Source: Patescibacteria group bacterium (lineage in GTDB: Bacteria > Patescibacteriota > Minisyncoccia > Phycocordibacterales > JBBTRF01). Taken from it: DNA of 64,000 bases. The stretch covers positions 230,413-294,412 of the forward strand of contig JBBTRF010000001.1 in NCBI GenBank assembly GCA_038065315.1, read 5' to 3'. Positions within the stretch are counted from its first letter, which is position 1. Each line of letters starts with the position of its first letter. The position numbers and the translations under genes were made by a program. A model generated the notes under the pieces. It had not been told where the DNA came from. It made no database searches and saw nothing but the letters and a program-made list of their open reading frames with translations. Shown in pieces: positions 1 to 8,457 of the stretch.

Positions 1-943
1 TCTCCTCTTTCTTTCCGCCCTTCAAATATTTCCACTGCTTCAAATCAGAATCCTTGATATAGAACTCAGCCGGAATCTTAGCCTCATCGTGCTCAACAAC
101 ATCTTTTAATAAAATCCTCTTACCTTTGTAATCCGGTGCCGTCTTTACCGTATAAACCTCTCGATCAATCATTACGCCAGAATTTTCAAACGGGCTTGCT
201 GATGGTTTTTCGGCAGAAAAATTCTCTGAGACCTTCTTCAGGTCGCCCTCAATAGAAAATTGCTCAAGCTCAGAAACGGTCTTTTCCGTAATCGGAAAAG
301 CTCTAGCAATAGTTCCACTCTTTAGAATCCAGTTCTTGATGGACTTTTCCTTCTTTATCGCTGAGTAAGGCACGGTTCCCTTCTTATATCCCAAGATAAA
401 CACTCTTCTTCTCCTCTGAGGCATGCCGTAGTCAGCAGCATTGACGACTCTCCATTCGACGATGTATCCAAGGTCAGCAAGCGAAGCAAGCATGACAGCA
501 AAATCTCGACCTCGTTGAGAAGCTGGTGACTTCAGGAGTCGGTCCACATTTTCGAGCATCAAAAAGTTCGGGGCCTTCTTTCCCTTGTTCTTCAAGATGT
601 TAAAGATGGACCACCATAGGACACCCTTCTTTCCATACAGACCTTTCGACTGTTGCAACGTGGTAGCAACGGAATAATCCTGGCAAGGAAAACCACCAAC
701 AAGTAGGTCGTGGTCAGGAATCTGCTTGAAGTCGTTCGCAATGACTTGTTGTATATCTTCACAAGAGTGGCCCTCCTTGCCGAACTTATGGATGTAGATA
801 TCCGAGGCGTGCTGCGTGCTCGCTCCAGGCTCCCATTGGCTACTCCAGACCATTCCGTAGGCATTGCCACCCTTTACGGCTTCCAAGCCAAGCCGGAATC
901 CACCCACACCCGCAAACAGCTCGACGACCTTTAGTTTTTTCAT
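1..943 (-). CDS. DNA (cytosine-5)-methyltransferase, Sau3AI-like; 3' end runs off the window
   Basis: Not in ORF track; translated manually from ATG at 943: MKKLKVVELFAGVGGFRLGLE (motif I), GGFPCQDYS (IV), ENVDRLLKSP (VI), PQRRRRVF (VIII); adjacent to Sau3AI-like endonuclease. Confidence 0.93.
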   Translation of the reverse strand, partial: MKKLKVVELFAGVGGFRLGLEAVKGGNAYGMVWSSQWEPGASTQHASDIYIHKFGKEGHSCEDIQQVIANDFKQIPDHDLLVGGFPCQDYSVATTLQQSKGLYGKKGVLWWSIFNILKNKGKKAPNFLMLENVDRLLKSPASQRGRDFAVMLASLADLGYIVEWRVVNAADYGMPQRRRRVFILGYKKGTVPYSAIKKEKSIKNWILKSGTIARAFPITEKTVSELEQFSIEGDLKKVSENFSAEKPSASPFENSGVMIDREVYTVKTAPDYKGKRILLKDVVEHDEAKIPAEFYIKDSDLKQWKYLKGGKKEE

Positions 944-992
944 TCCGTGATTATAGCAAGAGCCAGTAAATCGATCAAGTCGTTTTTGTTTC

Positions 993-2396
993 CTAATTTT
1001 CTATCGCTTTTTCGATGTATTTTGCGTTGAGCCAGAAACATTTCTTCATCTCCTTGGTTCCCTGAGGAGTTTCGACAGTATCGGAAGAATCCTTGCCGTG
1101 CGGGCGGACGTGAACAATGGAGCTATCCTTCATTTTTGGCAGGTCCTCGTATCGCCCCTCATTTATTGCATCAATAGTCTTCTGCCACACCCTCTCTGCC
1201 TCTGACAAGTCTTTCATCGGGAAGTTCCAGAACATAGTCTTTCGCAAAATGATATCGTCAGAGTCTTTCACCTTCTGAAATACAACGAAGAGAAACTTTT
1301 GCGTTTCTAGAAGAGCGTGCAGGTCAGCCATCTCCTCTGTGTCATCATCCTGCCAAACCTGAGTGACCAGGTCCTTATAGTCGAATGCGGGGAATGAAAT
1401 AGACTCACGGAGAGTTCCTGTATGTTCAAGCGTTAGCACCTTGAGAGTCACGTTCGCCTTTTCGAGTTCCTCGATTTTATTTGACTCAACACCAAAAATC
1501 CGGTTCACCAAGATTCGCTTGTAATTCTTTGATTCGCCAACAGACTTCCAACCTAATACTGCTGCTATTTCTTTATCGGTCTTACCGATAAAGGGTGCGA
1601 ATTCCTCATGAACCACAGCTTCGATTGTCTTCGCTTTAACTTTTTTTGCTCGTGCCTTCTCCAACAGTGAGTCCGCCTCCGTTTTGTTCCCCAGGAGATC
1701 TCGTTGAATTAGGTAATTTAGATATTGTTGCTTGAAAGAAAAAGCTCTTGGCTTCGCTGGAATACGTGAAGTCGGCTGATCTCGAAGGATACGGCTATTC
1801 TGTGCCTTAGTACAAGCCCCGAGATAGTACGTATCCCCCTCTGAAAGTAAGTGGGCTTCACCGGCTTTTATCTTTGCGACAATGAACTCCCAATCCCTCT
1901 GGATTTGCAAGATATCGTCAGCGGAAATATCGTTCACATTCAACAAGTCGAGTTGTTTAATGAACTTGAACTCGTGATCAACGATACTCTGTCCTTGCAT
2001 ATGAAGATAGAACATCAGGAGTAAGAACTTGTTTTTCTCTAGAAAAGAACTGCTCCGCCAGACCTCTTTTATCACCTCGTCATAATCAATCATTGAAAAA
2101 ACGAGTCTCTCCTTCGAAGTGTATTTTCTGGTTGGGTGTTTCTTAAGAGGATTGGTCTTTAGCTCGACGCCGGCAAGGTAAAAATCAGCCTCGTTCTTAT
2201 TGTCCGGCTCTTTACCAAAGACATAACGTTGAATGTAAATACCGAGCAACCCCTTCATCTTTGAACCATACCTACTCACTTCCGCCTCGACAGAACCTAT
2301 CTCATTCTTAGGAATAATGGAACGTAGATTCTTCTTGAGTATCTTCTGTGCGGCCGCAAACACCTCTTCCTTGGTCTTGAATTCTGTATTATTCAT
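993..2396 (-). CDS. Sau3AI/MutH-family type II restriction endonuclease
   Basis: PD...ADF..AGVELKT catalytic motif, LSEGDTYYLGACTK, duplicated MutH-like halves, C-terminal HVRPH...KKCFWLN. Confidence 0.88.
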   Translation of the reverse strand: MNNTEFKTKEEVFAAAQKILKKNLRSIIPKNEIGSVEAEVSRYGSKMKGLLGIYIQRYVFGKEPDNKNEADFYLAGVELKTNPLKKHPTRKYTSKERLVFSMIDYDEVIKEVWRSSSFLEKNKFLLLMFYLHMQGQSIVDHEFKFIKQLDLLNVNDISADDILQIQRDWEFIVAKIKAGEAHLLSEGDTYYLGACTKAQNSRILRDQPTSRIPAKPRAFSFKQQYLNYLIQRDLLGNKTEADSLLEKARAKKVKAKTIEAVVHEEFAPFIGKTDKEIAAVLGWKSVGESKNYKRILVNRIFGVESNKIEELEKANVTLKVLTLEHTGTLRESISFPAFDYKDLVTQVWQDDDTEEMADLHALLETQKFLFVVFQKVKDSDDIILRKTMFWNFPMKDLSEAERVWQKTIDAINEGRYEDLPKMKDSSIVHVRPHGKDSSDTVETPQGTKEMKKCFWLNAKYIEKAIEN

Positions 2397-3054
2397 CTTG
2401 GTTTATATGATACTTTATTATGCTCAAATATGCATTTTTGGTCACAATAACATGATCAGTGAGATGAATATCAAGTATTTTGCCAGCATGAACAAGCTTC
2501 TTGGTCATTTCAATGTCTTCTCCGGAAGGCTGCGTGACTCCGGAGGGATGGTTGTGAGCCACGATAACACTCGCGGCACGTAAAGTGATGGCTGGTTCAA
2601 ATAATTCACGGGGGTGAGCAAGGCTTGCGTTGAGCGTACCAATCGAGATGACCTGTCTCTCTATTAGACAGTCCTGTGTGTCGAGATAGAAAGCGACGAA
2701 ATGTTCCTTTTTCGAATCTTTTATGTCCGAACAGAGTTTCCAGACATCAGTAGGAGATAGTACTTCCGTTTTCTGAACGGTAAAACGGTCCGTTAGTTCA
2801 AGGATGGATAAAACCTGAGCCGCCTTCGCCTTACCCAATCCCCTAATCGATAAAAGATGCTCGAGGCCAATCTTTTGCTTACCGATCTCGGAGATAAGCT
2901 CCAGTATCTTTTTTGAAAGCTGCAAGACATTCGAACCTTGGATACCGGAACCGAGAACTACAGCAAGAAGCTCTTGATCGGTGAGTCTTTTGACGCCATA
3001 CTTCTGCAATTTCTCACGAGGAAGGTCGACCTTTGGTAGTGACATCATTTTCAT
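2389..3054 (-). CDS. radC: RadC/UPF0758 JAB-domain protein
   Basis: PREKL, HhH GLGKAKA, HPRELF, HNHPSG...PS.ED, DHVIV. Confidence 0.93.
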   Translation of the reverse strand: MKMMSLPKVDLPREKLQKYGVKRLTDQELLAVVLGSGIQGSNVLQLSKKILELISEIGKQKIGLEHLLSIRGLGKAKAAQVLSILELTDRFTVQKTEVLSPTDVWKLCSDIKDSKKEHFVAFYLDTQDCLIERQVISIGTLNASLAHPRELFEPAITLRAASVIVAHNHPSGVTQPSGEDIEMTKKLVHAGKILDIHLTDHVIVTKNAYLSIIKYHINQDE

Positions 3055-3123
3055 ACGTTCAGAAAGTATGTCACTTCCGATACGAAAAAAGAAGCGAAAT
3101 CTTTATTAAGATTTTATCGATTT

Positions 3124-3360
3124 TTAAACAAGCCTTATTTTCTCTAGCTTTCCCGACAATCTTTTACTCGAAAAATAGCACTCCCGCATTGCGAAAACCC
3201 TCCACCCGAGTCGTCTCAGTGCCTGGATATTTCGTTTATCTCTCTTTATGTTCCTCTCGAACTTTTTCCTCCAAAATGCTTGGTTATGTTTAGGCAGCGG
3301 TAATTTAAACCTCGAACACGCATACCAGAAACAGCCATGGACGAAGACGACAATAACAGC
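3124..3360 (-). pseudogene. vsr: C-terminal remnant of very-short-patch repair endonuclease Vsr
   Basis: Manual translation AVIVVFVHGCFWYACSRFKLPLPKHNQAFWRKKFERNIKRDKRNIQALRRLGWRVFAMREC... matches the Vsr pattern FVHGCFWH...FW..K..RN..RD...L...GW.V..WEC; no start codon or N-terminus. Confidence 0.85.
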
Positions 3361-3587
3361 TAACCATTCTCTAATTCGAATAGCTGGTCATCACTTAAAT
3401 CAAGTACCCCTCGACAATCCAAAAGTTGCATACGTAGCTCTTCTCGTTTAAGCAATTCTTCCGGGTCAATATGCTGAGGGGTCATCTTTTTCCCAGACAC
3501 ATAATTCCCAACTATAATTCTGGTTTTCTGGTCAAGTTCCAGGTACTCTTTATACAATTCCTCACAACGTGTTTTTTTGTCAGACAT
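3360..3587 (-). CDS. hypothetical protein (75 aa)
   Basis: ORF 4 nt downstream of the HEPN-like gene on the same strand, low GC. Confidence 0.6.
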   Translation of the reverse strand: MSDKKTRCEELYKEYLELDQKTRIIVGNYVSGKKMTPQHIDPEELLKREELRMQLLDCRGVLDLSDDQLFELENG

Positions 3588-3591
3588 GTTT

Positions 3592-4254
3592 TTATATTTT
3601 CTCGGAAATATGTTCTATGGCATAGACGACAGCTCTGAACGTTTCAAGATTATCTCGCACTTCCTTTCTTGTTATTGGTCTAACCTTGCCGTGATGCTTA
3701 TTGCCATAGTATACATCATTTCTGTGAACAATTGAGTCTCGGCGTTCTGCCATAGTGGCAACTATCCCTCTAACATCCGCCCTTCTACCCTTCTTTTTCC
3801 TACCCGGCTTTATTGAAAGAAACTTATTAACCTGTTTCCAACCATCATTAATTTCCATCATTGAAAAGGCCATTTGAATTGACTCAGGTTTTTGAAAGGT
3901 AACAGAACCAAGAGACTCTTCTAAAAAATTTATCAATCTTTTGGTCGGATCTTTCTGAATAATCAGATTGGTCAATTCCTTGTAACCATCCTTATCTTTA
4001 AATTTACCCCTTATTCTTTCCACGCACCTTTCCGGAACTCGTTTTTTATGATGAATTATCTTGGTAATAATCTCGATGGTACGTTTATGGATATACGCAT
4101 CCAAAGCGGCGACGGTAAAAACAATTACGGCTCGAAGCAAATCAGCAGTCACCCCCTTGGAGGCAGGTCTTCCAATTGGAAACTTTTCCTCATGAAGCTT
4201 TAGCAGCTCTTCGGAACGCTGTATATTGAGAATGAAAAATTCAATAGCTCTCAT
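3592..4254 (-). CDS. HEPN-domain protein (putative RNase)
   Basis: N-terminal RAVIVFTVAALDAYIH helix and RxxxxH motif (RDSIVH) near the C-terminus; low GC. Confidence 0.65.
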   Translation of the reverse strand: MRAIEFFILNIQRSEELLKLHEEKFPIGRPASKGVTADLLRAVIVFTVAALDAYIHKRTIEIITKIIHHKKRVPERCVERIRGKFKDKDGYKELTNLIIQKDPTKRLINFLEESLGSVTFQKPESIQMAFSMMEINDGWKQVNKFLSIKPGRKKKGRRADVRGIVATMAERRDSIVHRNDVYYGNKHHGKVRPITRKEVRDNLETFRAVVYAIEHISEKI

Positions 4255-4258
4255 AGTT

Positions 4259-6514
4259 TTAAGCCCTCTTCTTCCTCCTCACCTCCGTCACCCGTTTCGC
4301 TGCGGCGGCGCGCTCCTTTCGGTCGCCCTTCACCACAGCCCCAATCCGCTCCTCCAGTGCCTTCACTTCGTCGCGCAAAATAGCGGCCGTTTCGAAATCC
4401 AACACCTTCACGGACTCCTCCATTTCGGCTTCTTTGCGCTTGATCACCTTGCGAATCAGCTTTTCGGCCTCCGCAGCATCGGTCACACCAGCAAACTCCG
4501 CCTCGTCCACCGCGAGCAAGCCCTTCACCGCCTTGGCATGGTCGGTCTGGATCTGGTCGGTGATGTCTTTGATCGCCTTGATAATCGTCTGCGGCGTGAT
4601 GCCGTGCCTGGTGTTGTATTCTATCTGCAGGGCACGACGACGCGCCGTCTCCTTCATCGCCCGCTCCATCGAACCGGTGACCTCGTCGGCATACAAAATC
4701 ACGCGGCCAGCCGTATTTCGCGCCGCACGACCAATCGTCTGAATGAGCGCCATCTCCGAGCGCAGGAAGCCCTCCTTGTCTGCATCGAGAATACCAATGA
4801 ACGTCACCTCCGGCAGGTCGAGGCCTTCGCGCAAGAGGTTCACGCCCACGAGACAGTCGAATTTGCCGCGACGAAACTCTGTGAGAATCTGAATACGATC
4901 GATGGTCTTGATTTCGCTATGCAAATATTCGGCCTTGATCCCCTTCTCCTTCAAATATTCCGACAGGTCCTCCGCCATTTTCTTGGTGAGGGTCGTCGCG
5001 ATAACTCGCCCACCCTTTTTCACTTCTTTTTGGGTTTCGGCAATGAAGTCGAAAACTTGACTGGAATAAGAACCCTTTTTCTCAATGATTGGGCGAATCT
5101 CCACTTCTGGATCAAGGAGGCCAGTCGGTCGAATCACCTGCTCCGCGATCTGCCCATCGCCATCAGGACCGCCCTTAACGCTACGCTCGAGCTCATACTT
5201 GCCCGGCGTGGCGGTAGTGTAGATGCGCTGGCCGAGGCGTTCTTCGATCTCGTCGAATTTGAGCGGCCGATTGTCGCGTGCGCTTGGTAATCGGAAACCA
5301 TACTCCACGAGCGACTGCTTACGTGATGCATCGCCAGCAAACATACCGCCCAACTGCGGAATCGTCACGTGTGACTCGTCGATGATGGTGAGGAAATCCG
5401 GCTCGCCGAGATTGCCAACCGCGCTTGGAGCACCCTTCTTCACCGCCTTATGCGGAAAATACGAAATGAGCGTATCCGGCGGTGCGCCCGCAGGCATCCC
5501 GCTGAAGTGGCGCGAGTAGTTCTCGATGCCGTTGCAGTAGCCGACTTCGCGGATCAGTGCCAAATCATAGTTGGTGCGGCGTTTCAAACGCTCCGCCTCG
5601 AGATTCTTTCCCGCCGCTGCGAGCTCTTTGAGCCGCACATCCAGCTCGGCCTTAATCGTCTGCAAAGCCCGCTTCTGCCCTTCGTCCGTCGTAATGAAAT
5701 GTTTAGCCGGGAACAAAAAGAACGCGTCAACGTCGCCGATGATGCGGCGAGTGGTCGCGTCGATCTTCATGATTTCGCCGACCACTTCCACCGGCACTTC
5801 GGCGCCTTTGCCCGCTTTTTCCATTTTCGTCTCGAACCCAATCCGAAACAGCGCGCGCTCGTTCACCGGCATGATCTCGATCGAGTTGCCCAGCGCGCGG
5901 AAGGTACCTGGCGTCAAATCAGCGTTGGTGCGCTCATAGTGTATGTCGATGAAACGGCGCATCATGTCGGCACGATTGCCCTTCATGCCGCGCGCGATCT
6001 TCATGTTGACCTTCTCGTATTCAACAGGCGAACCCAGACCATAGATACAAGAGACGGTAGCGACGATGATGACATCCTTGCGCGTGAGCAGGGCCTGGGT
6101 CGACGCGTGGCGCAAGCGTTCGATCTCTTCGTTGATCATCGCCTCTTTTTCGATATAGGTGTCGGTGACGGGCATGTACGCCTCGGGCTGGTAGTAGTCG
6201 TAGTAGGAGACGAAATAATGCACCGCGTTGTCCGGGAAAAACTCTCGATATTCCTGCGCGAGCTGCGCCGCGAGCGTTTTGTTGTGAGCAATGACGAGCG
6301 TCGGCTTGCCAATCTGTTCGATGACATTGGCCGCGGTGAATGTCTTGCCCGAACCGGTCACACCAAGCAGGGTCTGATGTTTCATCCCCTTGCGCACGCC
6401 CTCGACGAGCATCTTGATCGCCTTCGGCTGATCGCCCGCCGGCGTGTGGCCACCGGTTTTGAGTTTGAAGGGTGAATTTGCGGCCGAATTTTCGTTTTTT
6501 GACGCGGCTTTCAT
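4259..6514 (-). CDS. uvrB: Excinuclease ABC subunit B
   Basis: PAGDQP, GVTGSGKT, YYDYYQPEAY, DESH, LLREGLD, QTIGRAAR, UVR tail; start moved to ATG 6514 (TATAAT just upstream; the track's extension runs through a repeat). Confidence 0.97.
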   Translation of the reverse strand: MKAASKNENSAANSPFKLKTGGHTPAGDQPKAIKMLVEGVRKGMKHQTLLGVTGSGKTFTAANVIEQIGKPTLVIAHNKTLAAQLAQEYREFFPDNAVHYFVSYYDYYQPEAYMPVTDTYIEKEAMINEEIERLRHASTQALLTRKDVIIVATVSCIYGLGSPVEYEKVNMKIARGMKGNRADMMRRFIDIHYERTNADLTPGTFRALGNSIEIMPVNERALFRIGFETKMEKAGKGAEVPVEVVGEIMKIDATTRRIIGDVDAFFLFPAKHFITTDEGQKRALQTIKAELDVRLKELAAAGKNLEAERLKRRTNYDLALIREVGYCNGIENYSRHFSGMPAGAPPDTLISYFPHKAVKKGAPSAVGNLGEPDFLTIIDESHVTIPQLGGMFAGDASRKQSLVEYGFRLPSARDNRPLKFDEIEERLGQRIYTTATPGKYELERSVKGGPDGDGQIAEQVIRPTGLLDPEVEIRPIIEKKGSYSSQVFDFIAETQKEVKKGGRVIATTLTKKMAEDLSEYLKEKGIKAEYLHSEIKTIDRIQILTEFRRGKFDCLVGVNLLREGLDLPEVTFIGILDADKEGFLRSEMALIQTIGRAARNTAGRVILYADEVTGSMERAMKETARRRALQIEYNTRHGITPQTIIKAIKDITDQIQTDHAKAVKGLLAVDEAEFAGVTDAAEAEKLIRKVIKRKEAEMEESVKVLDFETAAILRDEVKALEERIGAVVKGDRKERAAAAKRVTEVRRKKRA

Positions 6515-6586
6515 TGAAAATGGATTATAACGTATTTTTCGAGGTTCGTAAATAAACCTGGCGCGATCGGCTGAGGTGCCGCGATA

Positions 6587-6679
6587 TTTTTGAGTACCTA
6601 CGGATTTTTCATACTTTTTCATACAAAATATGAGAAAGTATGAAAAATCCGCACCTACTATTTTTCGCTGCGCCACCCC
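6587..6679 (-). repeat. Nested-palindrome intergenic repeat, copy 1
   Basis: CGGATTTTTCATAC...GTATGAAAAATCCG arms plus TTTT..GCCACCCC flank; shared with 16556, 40755 and 48158. Confidence 0.9.
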
Positions 6680-6789
6680 ACCCAGACGAGCACCTCTCTC
6701 CGCGACAAGAAAAAACCGCCTCGCCAACCCTCCACACGGGAGAATCGACAAGGCAGTGAGTAGCGGCCGCGCAATAGCGGCGACAGAGG

Positions 6790-7227
6790 TCACATCATCG
6801 GGACCAAATCATGGTGCCCAAGCGCGAGGTCCGTCATCGTCCTCCGGTAAATCGCCCGACCTTCGCCGAGCAACACCATGAACTGTTCGTAGCGGCTTTT
6901 CAGCGCCTGCTTCACCGCAACGAACCATTTCATCTTGAGTCCGCGACGGATGGGCCGACGTTTCTCCAGGATCTTCGCAGCCTCGTCGAGCGCAACCACG
7001 GCACGCTTCAAGAGGGTGCGAGTAAGATGGCCGTCGTAAACATTGACGATGAAGTCAAGGACGTCGCTCACCGCCCGGCTGGCACGATTGAGGCGCTCGA
7101 TCTTTGGCCGGATAGGGTGCCGACAATAGTAGTTGCGGGCATTTTTCAGGTTGATGATGGCCTGCCTTAGGGCAGTCAGGCAGGGATGCGGAGGCTGCGG
7201 CTTGGGATGCTGTTTGAGGAGCTTCAT
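6790..7227 (-). CDS. hypothetical protein
   Basis: 145-aa ORF 6 nt downstream of 7234..7779. Confidence 0.55.
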   Translation of the reverse strand: MKLLKQHPKPQPPHPCLTALRQAIINLKNARNYYCRHPIRPKIERLNRASRAVSDVLDFIVNVYDGHLTRTLLKRAVVALDEAAKILEKRRPIRRGLKMKWFVAVKQALKSRYEQFMVLLGEGRAIYRRTMTDLALGHHDLVPMM

Positions 7228-7233
7228 AAGATT

Positions 7234-7779
7234 TCAAGCTTGGGAGCCGACTAGCACGAGCGTGGTTTCGGAGGTGGCGCCAGTCTTGGAAAAAGCCTCG
7301 AACCATTTGGTGGTGACCCCCATCACTCGGCCGCCTTCGCGCAGCTCCTTTCCCGGAAAGAACACCAGGAGACGATTTGTCTGCCTGTCCGTCTCACCGT
7401 CTGCGAGGACCGCCTTCTTGAGCACGGCCAAGCTCGCAATATAGGTGCCGGCTCCGCGCTCGACAATGGCACTCTCCACGATGTAGAGCACTTCTGGCTC
7501 AAGCGCCGAAGCCATGATAGGTCGGCCGGCCGCCTGAAGGGCCTCGACCAATCTTGCGCCAAAGTAACCAACGCCGCAGATCGGCGCGAAGATGCACATG
7601 AGCGACCACAGAATGTGCAGTGTTCCCTCCCAATTCACACTGAAGCCGATAGGGATAAAGGTGTGGACAGCGAGTAAGGCTGCGCCAAACAGGAAGACAT
7701 TGAGGACCGCCGTGCTTTTTTTCATACGCAGTGGTAGTAGACCGTTTTTGATGGTTGATTGTGACTGGTTGACCGACAT
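7234..7779 (-). CDS. hypothetical membrane protein
   Basis: Two hydrophobic segments; upstream TTGACA-17-TACTTT promoter. Confidence 0.6.
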   Translation of the reverse strand: MSVNQSQSTIKNGLLPLRMKKSTAVLNVFLFGAALLAVHTFIPIGFSVNWEGTLHILWSLMCIFAPICGVGYFGARLVEALQAAGRPIMASALEPEVLYIVESAIVERGAGTYIASLAVLKKAVLADGETDRQTNRLLVFFPGKELREGGRVMGVTTKWFEAFSKTGATSETTLVLVGSQA

Positions 7780-7851
7780 GAGTTTTCAATGACCGCAGTT
7801 GACACTAAAGTACCCGTTTTCAAGGGAGTTGTCAAACTTCGAAACGTATTT

Positions 7852-7891
7852 AAAAAAGGGCCCCGGAGCGCGACGCGTCGCGCTCCGGGGC
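7852..7891 (-). terminator. Intrinsic terminator (perfect 32-bp palindrome)
   Basis: GCCCCGGAGCGCGACG|CGTCGCGCTCCGGGGC at 7860-7891 followed by a T6 tract on the minus strand. Confidence 0.75.
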
Positions 7892-7925
7892 TTGTGCAAT
7901 CAACCAACATCAACCCAAATGGGCA

Positions 7926-8102
7926 TTAGCTGCCAGTGTGGCTGCTCGTGTGAACCATGGCGACATCGCCGCGATCGGTTTTGACTTCCCCGAACTCAAG
8001 CTGTCCGCGCCCAGGAACCACCCCTGGCTGCGAACCGAGCTCAAGCTCCGGATGATGTGCCGGCGGCTGAGGTGCCGCTTCTGCAACAGTCACGGTATTC
8101 AT
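7926..8102 (-). CDS. putative small protein (58 aa)
   Basis: MNTVTVAEAAPQPPAHHPELELGSQPGVVPGRGQLEFGEVKTDRGDVAMVHTSSHTGS*; TTGCCA-18-TATAAT upstream, terminator downstream. Confidence 0.45.
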   Translation of the reverse strand: MNTVTVAEAAPQPPAHHPELELGSQPGVVPGRGQLEFGEVKTDRGDVAMVHTSSHTGS

Positions 8103-8457
8103 AGCTGCCAGGCATTATAGCCCTACTTTTGGCAGATTGGCAAGCGCGAGGCGTTGTTGCTCAAGCCATGAAGGCCGTTCAGACGGAAACTTCACGGGAG
8201 GGTGTGTCGGACCCTCCGACGAACCAAACACGTTGGAAACGAATTCGTCGTCACTCCGAGCAAGTCGGAGACGACCGTTGCTGTCAGACCCCCGCGAACC
8301 AGACATACTCGTGGGAATACCGAGAGGAGAAGTTTCGTGCATAGAAAACAGCTACACTGAAGGTTGACCAACCCAACAAAGAGCGAGCTCCACAGGCGAG
8401 CCGATACCCATTTATTATACCTCACCTCAGACGGCTCGCGGGTTTTGCTATCCCCAA

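Noticed and set aside
4226-6475. Long + strand ORFs (354 aa, 341 aa) opposite uvrB, and similar shadows opposite tgt, parB-like, dprA and DUF817
   Set aside because: Antisense shadows of GC-rich codon-biased genes with no recognisable motifs
6515-6793. 92-aa N-terminal extension of UvrB in the ORF track
   Set aside because: Runs through the palindromic repeat; TATAAT precedes ATG 6514; the same 'KYEKS' peptide recurs in spurious ORFs at other repeat copies
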